Virus record (IMG/VR): IMGVR_UViG_3300045988_147517
Coordinates: 32,001-96,000 of that record
DNA length: 64,000 nt
Strand: one strand, 5' to 3'
Source of the DNA: a virus
Part shown: positions 56,473 through 64,000 of the stretch, piece by piece
Position numbering within the stretch: position 1 is the stretch's first letter
Layout of the letters: every line of letters starts with the position of its first letter
The notes under the pieces: generated by a model
What the model saw: the letters and a program-made list of their open reading frames with translations, nothing else
Databases searched by the model: none
Told to the model about the DNA's origin: nothing
Position numbers and translations under genes: made by a program

Positions 56473-56550
56473 CCGTTGTTAGGACGGGGATAGCTCGTTG
56501 ACACTTAACCATAAGGTTATTGAGCGAGAAGTACGTTAGTATGCCTAAAT
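56473..56550 (+). ncRNA. TnpB-associated guide-scaffold RNA, orphan copy E (plus strand)
   Basis: CCGUUGUUAGGACGGGGAUAGCUCGUUGACAC-[UUAACC AUAA GGUUA]-UUGAGCGAGAAGUACGUUAGUAUGCCUAAAU. It starts 17 nt after the tRNA-Thr CCA end, in the same orientation as local transcription. Confidence 0.7.
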
Positions 56551-56655
56551 ATAAAAAAGTTTTTGGCATGTCTCCGATTGGGCGCGAACAGCAAAGTATT
56601 GATTTTTTAGAGAAAAAATTAAAGCGCTCAGAGAATTATTGAAAGAGGTACACAC

Positions 56656-58191
56656 ATGTTTATTGAAAATTTACGAAATACTTTAAATGATGAAAAACAA
56701 CTGACAGAGAATGGCGCTTTAGGGTATAAGACCAGCGGGCATAAGCTTGTTGATTTAAACTTTAGAGCTTCTACACTTCGGTATGAAGAAGATGAAAAAA
56801 TCAAAAGTGCGTTTCTAGACGCTTTTGCACAAGAGCCAGAAATGGCAGTTAAGTGGTTATTCTTTGCGAGAGATATTCGTGAGGGTATGGGAGAACGTAG
56901 AGTGTTTAGAGTTATCATTCAACACCTGTGTAATTCTTATCCCGACCAAATGTGTGAAATTTTGGAATACATTCCAGAGTATGGGAGATGGGACGATTTA
57001 ATTTATATCATTAAGAGAAGAGTTCCTGATAAAATTTTCAACAAGGTAGTTGGTATCATTGTAAATCAATTACGTGAAGATATGGAAAATGCATTAAATG
57101 GCAAAAACATTTCGCTTCTTGCTAAATGGATGCCAAGTGAAAAGTCCCATAATAAAGAAGCGCGCAATGTAGCCTACAAGGCTATGAGTTTTCTTGGATT
57201 AACTCCTAGGAATTATCGTAAGATGATTTCTGGATTAAGGAAAACTCTTGATGTGGTAGAGCGTAAAATGAGTGCAAATGAATGGTCGTTTATTAATTAT
57301 TCATCCGTTCCTTCAAATGCGAATTTGAAATACAGGAATGCATTCAATAGACATGACCATGAAAGATATAATGACTTCTTAACGAAAGTATTGACAAAAG
57401 AAGCTAAAATGAATTCTTCAACATTGTATCCTCATGAAATTGTTAAAAAATATAGAAGTGACGATATGTGGGAGGTTAGTTATTTCCCCGAATTTGAACC
57501 TGATTTAGAGGCATTGTGGAAATCCTTACCACGAGACAACTCTCTTAAGGATACAATTGTTGTTAGTGATGGCAGTGGCAGTATGTATACTACTGCGTAT
57601 GGCGTTCAACCAATTGATGTTGCACAAGCACTTGCTATTTATTTTTCAGAAACCTGTCAGGGAGAATTTAAGGATAAATATATCACGTTCAGCCAAACAC
57701 CACAGTTAGTAGATTTTGGTAAGGCAGAGAATTTATTAGATAAGTTAAAAATTATTGATAAATATAACGAGGTTGCTAATACAGATATCGAAGCTGTGTT
57801 TGACTTAATCCTAAAAGTCGCTACAGATGCTCATATGGCGCAGGAGGAAATTCCTAAGAATATCCTAATCATTAGCGATATGGAGTTTGATAGCGCTACA
57901 TCTGCTCCGTTTTTTAGTGATGAACCATCAAGAGTGAATAAAACGTTATTTGATAGTATCTCTGAAAAATATCATAATGCTGGATATGAAATGCCAAAAT
58001 TAATTTTCTGGAATGTGTTATCGAGAACCAATACCATTCCATTAAAGGAAAATGATTTGGGGGTGGCGCTATTAAGCGGATATTCTCCGGTTATTGCAGA
58101 TATGATTATGTCGGGTAGGTTAGACCCATATAGCATTTTAATTGAAAAATTAAATAGCGAAAGATATAAAGATATTAAATTTAAATTATAA
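56656..58191 (+). CDS. TROVE/DUF2828-like protein with a C-terminal vWA domain
   Basis: The N-terminus LTENGALGYKTSGHKLVDLNF..WLFFARDIREGMGER is TROVE/DUF2828-like by recall. VVSDGSGSMY is a MIDAS DxSxS motif. Confidence 0.5.
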   Translation: MFIENLRNTLNDEKQLTENGALGYKTSGHKLVDLNFRASTLRYEEDEKIKSAFLDAFAQEPEMAVKWLFFARDIREGMGERRVFRVIIQHLCNSYPDQMCEILEYIPEYGRWDDLIYIIKRRVPDKIFNKVVGIIVNQLREDMENALNGKNISLLAKWMPSEKSHNKEARNVAYKAMSFLGLTPRNYRKMISGLRKTLDVVERKMSANEWSFINYSSVPSNANLKYRNAFNRHDHERYNDFLTKVLTKEAKMNSSTLYPHEIVKKYRSDDMWEVSYFPEFEPDLEALWKSLPRDNSLKDTIVVSDGSGSMYTTAYGVQPIDVAQALAIYFSETCQGEFKDKYITFSQTPQLVDFGKAENLLDKLKIIDKYNEVANTDIEAVFDLILKVATDAHMAQEEIPKNILIISDMEFDSATSAPFFSDEPSRVNKTLFDSISEKYHNAGYEMPKLIFWNVLSRTNTIPLKENDLGVALLSGYSPVIADMIMSGRLDPYSILIEKLNSERYKDIKFKL

Positions 58192-58212
58192 TAATTAAAA
58201 CAAACTTACACT

Positions 58213-58236
58213 AGCCCGCTTGGCGGGCTTTTATTA
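58213..58236 (+). terminator. rho-independent terminator
   Basis: AGCCCGC-TTGG-CGGGCT followed by TTTTATT. Confidence 0.75.
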
Positions 58237-58275
58237 TACGAAAAATTATAGGAATTATAGAAGGAGTGTAAAGTT

Positions 58276-58557
58276 ATGACAAGAAATGAACTGTATAGGA
58301 AAGTTAGTAAGGCAACAGGAGTCAAGCAAGACGACGTAAAGGAAATAGGCAACGCTATTTTTGACTTGATTAAGACAACTGTTTGCACAGGTGAAAAAGT
58401 TTCAATTTCGAAATTTGGAACTTTTAATCCAAAGGTATATAAACCACATACATTTTTTAATCCTCTAACTCAGGAATATAGCAATATCTCGGCCCGCGCT
58501 GTTCCTAAGTTCTATCCATCACAAGACTTTAGAGAAGGTTGCAAGTCCGATGGCTAA
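58276..58557 (+). CDS. HU/IHF-family DNA-binding protein
   Basis: MTRNELYRKVSKATGV..VSISKFGTFNPKV..FNPLTQEYSNISARAVPKF follows the HU-fold pattern. Confidence 0.75.
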   Translation: MTRNELYRKVSKATGVKQDDVKEIGNAIFDLIKTTVCTGEKVSISKFGTFNPKVYKPHTFFNPLTQEYSNISARAVPKFYPSQDFREGCKSDG

Positions 58558-58762
58558 GTATGGAATCACAAAAAGTGTTGGCCTAAAGATTGTAGGTATG
58601 CTTGATATTCGAATGGAAGAAGAGCGAGTATATGTAGAAATTGAAGGGCAGACACATTCACTGGCGCTTTTATTAGAAGAATATGACGGGCAGGACGTAA
58701 CAATTACTACTGGTATGGATGTAATGCCAGAAGGATTGGTGCCAGAAGAGGATGAGGAATGA
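58550..58762 (+). CDS. hypothetical protein
   Basis: 70-aa ORF with overlapping start and stop codons on both sides. Confidence 0.5.
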   Translation: MAKYGITKSVGLKIVGMLDIRMEEERVYVEIEGQTHSLALLLEEYDGQDVTITTGMDVMPEGLVPEEDEE

Positions 58763-59979
58763 ACTTAGAGAGATTGAAAGACGAGACTAATTATGAATAT
58801 CATAAGCGCTTAGTTTATGGAAAACTAGTCGACAAAACATTAGATGCGGACTATACAGAAATAGCGCCATATCTATATGGTAGGGAATATGCCCCTGATG
58901 TAGCAAGGCGTATGATGTATGGTAGCAGGGCAACTTTAGATATATTAGAATCTGAGGTTGAAAGTTTATTAGATACAGATGAAGACGATTACATATCGTC
59001 TATCGAATATAAAAAAGTAGAATTACAAAAAGAGCGTATTAAGCTACAGACAGAAAAACAAGAATATAATAAGTGGGTACGCGAAGATGCCCGAGAAGAA
59101 CAATTTTTAGAAAAAATTATAGAAGCAATGAAAGAATGTAGCCCCCCCCGCAAGGCTAATGTATTAGTTAGCGAGGGTAATTTAGCGCATCATAAAGAAG
59201 GTGTGCTATGTTTTGCTGATTGCCATTATGGAAAAGAGTTTGTTATTTATGGGCTTGAGGGCGAAATCCTCAATCAATATAGCCCAGAAACATTTTTCTT
59301 AAGAATGGATATGCTTTTGACAGAAACTATCAAAAGAGGACACGAAAATAATCTGAACAAAATCAAAGTATTATTTTTGGGTGACGCTCTTGATGGTTTC
59401 CTTAGACACTCACAACTTAAAACGTTAAGGGAGGGTGTTGTTGATAGCGCAATTAGCTATGGTCGTTACATGTCAGATTGGTTATACAAACTATCACAAG
59501 AATTTTTTGTAGAATATTATCAAGTATGTGGTAATCATGGAGAATTACGTCTCTTAGATGGTCGTAAAGAAGAACATCTTGACGATAATATAGAAAAGAT
59601 TACTCTTGAAATTATACGTGCTTATAATATTAATAATCAAAATTTAAAGATAGTAGAGAACAAATCGGGTAATATATATACAAACATTTGCGGATATAAT
59701 GTTTTAGGTATCCATGGAGAGTTCAAAGACTCTAAAAATGCTATGAGAGATTATATTGCCGCATATGATAAGGATATTGATTATTTGATTTGCGGTCATA
59801 AACATCATTCTTCTTTAGTAAATTGTGGATATCGAAAGTATGTTATCGGCATAGGAAGTATCGTTGGGATAGACGATTATAGTATGAAGATACTAAAGAC
59901 ATCCGAAGCAAGTGCGAACTTTTTAATATTTGAAGAAGGAAAAGGAAAGACAATTGACTACTCTATTATCTTGAATTAA
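58759..59979 (+). CDS. metallophosphoesterase, Mre11/SbcD-like
   Basis: Motifs in order: FADCHYG, FLGDALDG, CGNHGE, GIHGE, CGHKHH. The N-terminal domain is about 130 aa. Confidence 0.6.
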   Translation: MNLERLKDETNYEYHKRLVYGKLVDKTLDADYTEIAPYLYGREYAPDVARRMMYGSRATLDILESEVESLLDTDEDDYISSIEYKKVELQKERIKLQTEKQEYNKWVREDAREEQFLEKIIEAMKECSPPRKANVLVSEGNLAHHKEGVLCFADCHYGKEFVIYGLEGEILNQYSPETFFLRMDMLLTETIKRGHENNLNKIKVLFLGDALDGFLRHSQLKTLREGVVDSAISYGRYMSDWLYKLSQEFFVEYYQVCGNHGELRLLDGRKEEHLDDNIEKITLEIIRAYNINNQNLKIVENKSGNIYTNICGYNVLGIHGEFKDSKNAMRDYIAAYDKDIDYLICGHKHHSSLVNCGYRKYVIGIGSIVGIDDYSMKILKTSEASANFLIFEEGKGKTIDYSIILN

Positions 59980-60000
59980 TATTTCAAAAAGGAGAAAATA

Positions 60001-60750
60001 ATGAGAGATGAAAAGGGTAGGGCTTTTAGCCTAAAAGAATCCGAAAAACAATACGCCACACAACGTCTTGGTGGTGGCATGATTAGTGACGAGCAAATTA
60101 TAAGTGTTTCTGCAAGTAAAATTACAGGTGGAGATGTCCCCGGTGCGGGTACATTAGAAAATGCACTCACTATTAGAGAGAGTGGAAAAGATGATATTGT
60201 GTTTGATGGCGCTCAACCAGAAACAATTACAATACCCATTGTTGAACAGTCGTTAAGCAATTCATCTTTGAATGCCATTTCAAATAAGGCAGTAACACTT
60301 GCATTGGCTGACAAAGCGCCAAATAGTGGTAGTGCACCTAATTTAACTGTAGGTGTTGCAAATAAAACAAAGTCACCGCTTACATTTACTGGCGCGTCAA
60401 CGGGCACATTTGATGGTTCGGCGGCACTTTCTATTAATATTCCAGAAGCGCCAACAGTTCCAACTAAAACAAGTGAGCTTACAAATGACAGTGGATTTTT
60501 AACATCAGTTCCGGCTGAGTATGTTACGGACACTGAATTGACAGCAAAAGGCTACCAGACATCTTCTGATGTTTCTGGCGCTATTACAACAGCATTAACC
60601 CCTTATTTAAAGAGTGCGGATGCTGATACTACTTACGTTAAAACAGCAGATTTAACAAACGCAATTAATACGGCTGTACAGGCGGCACTGGCTAATTATT
60701 ACACAAAAGCAGAAGCAGATGACCGTTTTGCTCCGAAAGCAACTTCCTAA
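60001..60750 (+). CDS. structural protein, tail-fibre-like
   Basis: TSELTNDSGFLTS and YYTKAEADDRFAPK are motifs common in phage fibre proteins. The composition is rich in Ala, Thr and Ser. Confidence 0.4.
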   Translation: MRDEKGRAFSLKESEKQYATQRLGGGMISDEQIISVSASKITGGDVPGAGTLENALTIRESGKDDIVFDGAQPETITIPIVEQSLSNSSLNAISNKAVTLALADKAPNSGSAPNLTVGVANKTKSPLTFTGASTGTFDGSAALSINIPEAPTVPTKTSELTNDSGFLTSVPAEYVTDTELTAKGYQTSSDVSGAITTALTPYLKSADADTTYVKTADLTNAINTAVQAALANYYTKAEADDRFAPKATS

Positions 60751-60763
60751 GGAGGAAATTTAG

Positions 60764-61273
60764 ATGGCTAAAAGAAATGTCTTTTTAAAACCAAACGATG
60801 TATTTTCATTGAGTAAAATGGAAACACTTAATGTTATTACTATTAAACCATTAGAGTTTATGTCTACTACTATTGGCACGTCGCTGGCTGGTATTCAAGT
60901 TCTGCTACAGGGCAAGCCATTTGAAATGGTACCGTTCGCGTCTATTGATAGCGCGGATAATATCGGTAAATTTACAGTCGACACAAATAATCAGCTTTTG
61001 CTGTTTGTTGATAATACACAGATTCAAACTGAACAGCAGGCAAGAGATTATGTGTGGGGCATTGTTGTCATTTACGAAATGAAAGAATTAAAAGTGGCAG
61101 ATAATATCCCAACGTATGTTTGCGAGTCTTTTGATAGCAACGGCTATCAGGTGAGTGAAACACTTGCATCACCGTTGCCAGAGGTTATGAATAAGATTAA
61201 GTGCTTGGATAACATACTAGATATTAACGAAACTGGTTATTATTATCATATTTTAACACGAAATATGAATTAA
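60764..61273 (+). CDS. hypothetical protein
   Basis: 169-aa ORF with GGAGGA RBS. A terminator-like hairpin GCCCCAATTATATTGGGGCTTTT follows it. Confidence 0.5.
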   Translation: MAKRNVFLKPNDVFSLSKMETLNVITIKPLEFMSTTIGTSLAGIQVLLQGKPFEMVPFASIDSADNIGKFTVDTNNQLLLFVDNTQIQTEQQARDYVWGIVVIYEMKELKVADNIPTYVCESFDSNGYQVSETLASPLPEVMNKIKCLDNILDINETGYYYHILTRNMN

Positions 61274-61322
61274 GTAAAGATGTTGCCCCAATTATATTGG
61301 GGCTTTTACAATGAGGTGAATA

Positions 61323-62327
61323 ATGGGAAGAAGCGTAATAAAAGCGCCAGAAGAAATGTTCACCTGTATCGAATGTAATGAGAAAAAGCGAAAAGCTGAT
61401 TTCTATAAATCATATCATCCAGATAGCAAGGACGGGATAATTCCTTATTGTAAAGAATGCTCTCGTAAAAAATGTTCGGATGAAAAAGGTAGAGTAGTTA
61501 AAGAGAAGTTAATGAACTTCCTTAAGGATGAAAATGTTAATAAGCCATTTATAGAAGAAGTGTGGAATATTAGTGTTTCTGATAAAAGAGAAACGCTTGG
61601 CATATATATGCGTAACCTAGCTTTAACAAAGTACAGAGATATGGGTTGGAGTGACGGAGAAACAAATGCGTACACTGGCGGTTTAACAATAGATGATTTA
61701 GATGGAAGTTATCATAGTACGGATTTTGAAGTAACACCAGAAATTATGAAAATGTTTGGTGAAGGGTATTCAGAAATGGAATATAAAGTCATGTATGATA
61801 AATATGATAAACTAAGTCCGTTTTATGCAATGCCTACTCCATTCCATCGGGAAGCTTTAATGAATTACGTTAGGGCAAAAGCAAAAGAGGAAGTTGCTAT
61901 TACCCAGAATAGAATGACTGATGCTAAGTTTTGGGGCGATATTGCTCGTCAAGCGGCAAAGGATGCTAACATAAATCCTAGCCAGCTAAGAGAGCAGGAT
62001 ACAAAAGATGGTTTAAATAGCTTTTCTAAGATATATGAAGAAGTGGAACGTGCTGTTGACATCGTTCCAATATTACCAAAATTCAAACACCGCCCAGCGG
62101 ATTCAGCAGATTTTATTATTTATACCGAGGCTCTTTATGTAAGAGATTTATTAGGAATGCCGCCATGTTCTTATGAGGATGTTTATTCGTTCTATGATAG
62201 AGCGGTAAATTCTTATCTGGAACGATATGGTGATAAATATGGTATTTTTACAGATGACCCAACTATGGAAAATAGGCCAAGAATACGAGCATTTCTAGAT
62301 GAATGTAAGGATATCGTAGATGGCTAG
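61323..62327 (+). CDS. hypothetical protein with an N-terminal zinc ribbon (position suggests a packaging accessory or small terminase)
   Basis: Contains CIECNEKK..YCKECS. It lies immediately upstream of, and overlaps, the terminase large subunit gene. Confidence 0.4.
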   Translation: MGRSVIKAPEEMFTCIECNEKKRKADFYKSYHPDSKDGIIPYCKECSRKKCSDEKGRVVKEKLMNFLKDENVNKPFIEEVWNISVSDKRETLGIYMRNLALTKYRDMGWSDGETNAYTGGLTIDDLDGSYHSTDFEVTPEIMKMFGEGYSEMEYKVMYDKYDKLSPFYAMPTPFHREALMNYVRAKAKEEVAITQNRMTDAKFWGDIARQAAKDANINPSQLREQDTKDGLNSFSKIYEEVERAVDIVPILPKFKHRPADSADFIIYTEALYVRDLLGMPPCSYEDVYSFYDRAVNSYLERYGDKYGIFTDDPTMENRPRIRAFLDECKDIVDG

Positions 62328-64000
62328 TTATAACAATTTTAGTCAAGCTGTTCAGCGGGAACACCAAAGGCGCGCTGGTCTGTTAGGTGAAGTTAACACA
62401 GTAAAATTTAAAAGTGATGGTATGCAGGATTCTTTTGATAGAAATTTAGATAAATGGATTTATTTTTCGTCATGGAGTCGCTGGTACCCAGATTTGTTTT
62501 TAGATTTAATTCACCCTAGTGACGGTGGTATTGTATTAGATTTAGACCAAAGAGTATTCCTAAGAAGCATATTAAGATTTGTGAGTGTATACGGAGTGTA
62601 CCCCCGTGCATATGGAAAATGCGAAAGCTTGAATAGTTATTTGTATACCGACAAAGGAATGTTACAGCTCTCAGATTTTATTGATAGCAAATATGAATAT
62701 CATGCATCTGATTTCGACACAGTCAATAAATATGGTGAAATGGAGCATACCTACTTGGCCACATATAATGGGTATAAACCAACACTTAAGATTAAGACGA
62801 AGTATGGGTATGATAATGAATGCACAGATAATCACAGGCTTATGGTTATGGAAGAAGATGGGAATCTCGCTTGGAAATATGCTAGAGATATTAGAGTTGG
62901 AGATTATATATGTGTAAATCGTCATAATAATATATGGGGAAATTTAACAGATATATCTTATGCTACAAATAATCTTTGTGAAAATATTTCTAAGTTATGT
63001 AATAAATATAACTTTATCACTGAGAATACACCAGATTTTTCTTATTTAATAGGGTTATTAGTTGGGGATGGCAACACAACACTTAAATCACAAATTACCT
63101 TAACATCGGCTGATAGTGAAATTTCAGATTTCTTTATTAAGTATGTTAAAGATAATTTTTCTTATGATGTTCAAAAATATGGAAAGTATGAATATAAAAT
63201 CTATTCGACTTATTTAAGAAAATGTCTATATAATTTGGGCATAAAATATGATACGTCTCATACAAAGGAGATTCCGAGATTTATCCGACAATCACCAAAA
63301 GAATGCTGTAGAGGTTTTTTACAGGGGTTATTTGACACTGATGGTGGTGTAGAGCAAAAAATTGTTTCATATGCTACTACTAGCGAAGAACTTAGTAGGC
63401 AAGTACAATTAATGTTATTGAATTTTGGAATTATTTCTAAAAGAGTATTTTGTGACAGAGGTGAGTTTAATCATTGGCGCATTTATATAATGGGAGAGAA
63501 TGTTAATATTTTCTATAGCAATATCGGATTTAGGTTAAGTAGGAAGCAGGAACAACTTAGGTCGATATTAAAACCTGTTAATGAAATAAATACGAACACA
63601 AATTATATACCATACCAGAAAGACAATGTAAATGACTTCTTTGAATATATTAAGAAAAAAGGAGAGCATAATTCTCAAATATTTGATAAATTTTATCATG
63701 TAAGAAAAGGAAATAATGAACTAACATATAACAAAGCTACCATTTTATTGGATGAATTCCACTCTTTTAAAGATTGCGGAGACGCTCCACAATTATTTGG
63801 TATAATAGAAAGAGATTATTTTTATACTCCTGTTGTTGGAATTGAAAATTCTGTTGCGGAAACAGGGGATATAAATATGCCGGACACTAATTCATGGATA
63901 TGTAATGGAGTTGTATCTCATAATACCTTTATAGAAGTTTTATCCTTATTCTTAATATGTATGTTTTATCCGAATATCGAAGTAGCTATGACCGCACAAA
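62320..64000 (+). CDS. terminase large subunit (partial, open at window end), interrupted by an intein
   Basis: Hand translation from ATG 62320: ..WSRWYPDLFLDLIHP..LDLDQRVFLRSILRF..GVYPRAYGK|intein|TFIEVLS... Removing the intein restores the Walker A motif YPRAYGKT. No stop codon occurs before position 64000, so it is absent from the ORF track. Confidence 0.6.
   Translation, partial: MASYNNFSQAVQREHQRRAGLLGEVNTVKFKSDGMQDSFDRNLDKWIYFSSWSRWYPDLFLDLIHPSDGGIVLDLDQRVFLRSILRFVSVYGVYPRAYGKCESLNSYLYTDKGMLQLSDFIDSKYEYHASDFDTVNKYGEMEHTYLATYNGYKPTLKIKTKYGYDNECTDNHRLMVMEEDGNLAWKYARDIRVGDYICVNRHNNIWGNLTDISYATNNLCENISKLCNKYNFITENTPDFSYLIGLLVGDGNTTLKSQITLTSADSEISDFFIKYVKDNFSYDVQKYGKYEYKIYSTYLRKCLYNLGIKYDTSHTKEIPRFIRQSPKECCRGFLQGLFDTDGGVEQKIVSYATTSEELSRQVQLMLLNFGIISKRVFCDRGEFNHWRIYIMGENVNIFYSNIGFRLSRKQEQLRSILKPVNEINTNTNYIPYQKDNVNDFFEYIKKKGEHNSQIFDKFYHVRKGNNELTYNKATILLDEFHSFKDCGDAPQLFGIIERDYFYTPVVGIENSVAETGDINMPDTNSWICNGVVSHNTFIEVLSLFLICMFYPNIEVAMTAQ
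62620..63924 (+). mobile_element. intein (435 aa) with a LAGLIDADG homing endonuclease domain, inserted in the terminase P-loop
   Basis: It starts with Cys (CESLNSYLYTDKG). Block B is TDNHRLMV. The LAGLIDADG motifs are LIGLLVGDGN and FLQGLFDTDGG. It ends ..NGVVSHN followed by Thr. It is in frame with no stop codons. Confidence 0.85.

Noticed and set aside
15084-56550. The five-copy structured RNA as a Y RNA (because copy E neighbours a TROVE-like gene), a hammerhead, pistol or twister-type ribozyme, a tRNA fragment, or a terminator.
   Set aside because: I found no CUGANGA..GAAA hammerhead core and no other ribozyme consensus that I can recall. There is no cloverleaf, and no T-run follows the hairpins. 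The best contextual clue is that one copy directly follows tnpB and the tails abut guide-like sequence. A Y-RNA-like role cannot be fully excluded.
56033-56918. Minus-strand ORFs 56033-56305, 56375-56569 and 56628-56918.
   Set aside because: They overlap tRNA-Gln, tRNA-Thr, scaffold copy E and the start of the TROVE-like gene on the opposite strand.

Overview
This window is an AT-rich, densely coding bacteriophage genome segment with Firmicutes-type signals: many perfect TTGACA-N17-TATAAT promoters, GGAGG-type RBSs and hairpin plus T-run terminators.

Layout:
- 1-34.1 kb, minus strand: replication, nucleotide-metabolism and accessory genes. These include a PolIII-alpha PHP fragment, a B12-type ribonucleotide reductase split by two group I introns, dUTPase, DnaG-like primase, DnaB-like helicase, Cas4-like nuclease, Erf, ThyX, metallophosphoesterase, TARG1/DarG-like macrodomain, SprT-like protease, tyrosine recombinase and a PcfJ-like protein.
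- 34-47.2 kb, minus strand: about 25 small early-type genes, mostly single promoter-gene-terminator cassettes separated by repeat-rich spacers. They include an ADP-ribosylglycohydrolase, a J-domain protein and a methyltransferase.
- 47.2-49.8 kb: a gene desert with degenerate repeats, a TG-rich tract, a roughly 0.45 kb structured-RNA candidate and a cluster of consensus DnaA boxes.
- 49.8-64 kb: a helicase-like gene on the minus strand, then a plus-strand module. It holds an RdRP/YonO-like RNA polymerase split by a group I intron, tRNA-Gln and tRNA-Thr, a TROVE/vWA-like protein, an HU-like protein, an Mre11/SbcD-like phosphoesterase, a fibre-like protein and a terminase large subunit carrying a P-loop intein.

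Headline candidate system: a 382-aa TnpB-like RuvC nuclease (18603-19751) is driven by a phage early-type promoter and has no transposase. It is followed by a ~78-nt structured guide-scaffold RNA and a 4-repeat CRISPR-like array (30-nt repeats, 36-nt spacers). Four further orphan copies of the same scaffold RNA are scattered through the window (15.1, 17.8, 28.8 and 56.5 kb).
- The copies show compensatory changes in a central hairpin and in a loop-tail pseudoknot.
- The 3' end of the CRISPR-like repeat mimics the scaffold 3' end.
- One orphan copy sits between a recoded and an ancestral copy of a gene 3' end, which is the architecture expected for RNA-guided homing.

All functional calls rest on motif recognition by eye. 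No database searches were run.
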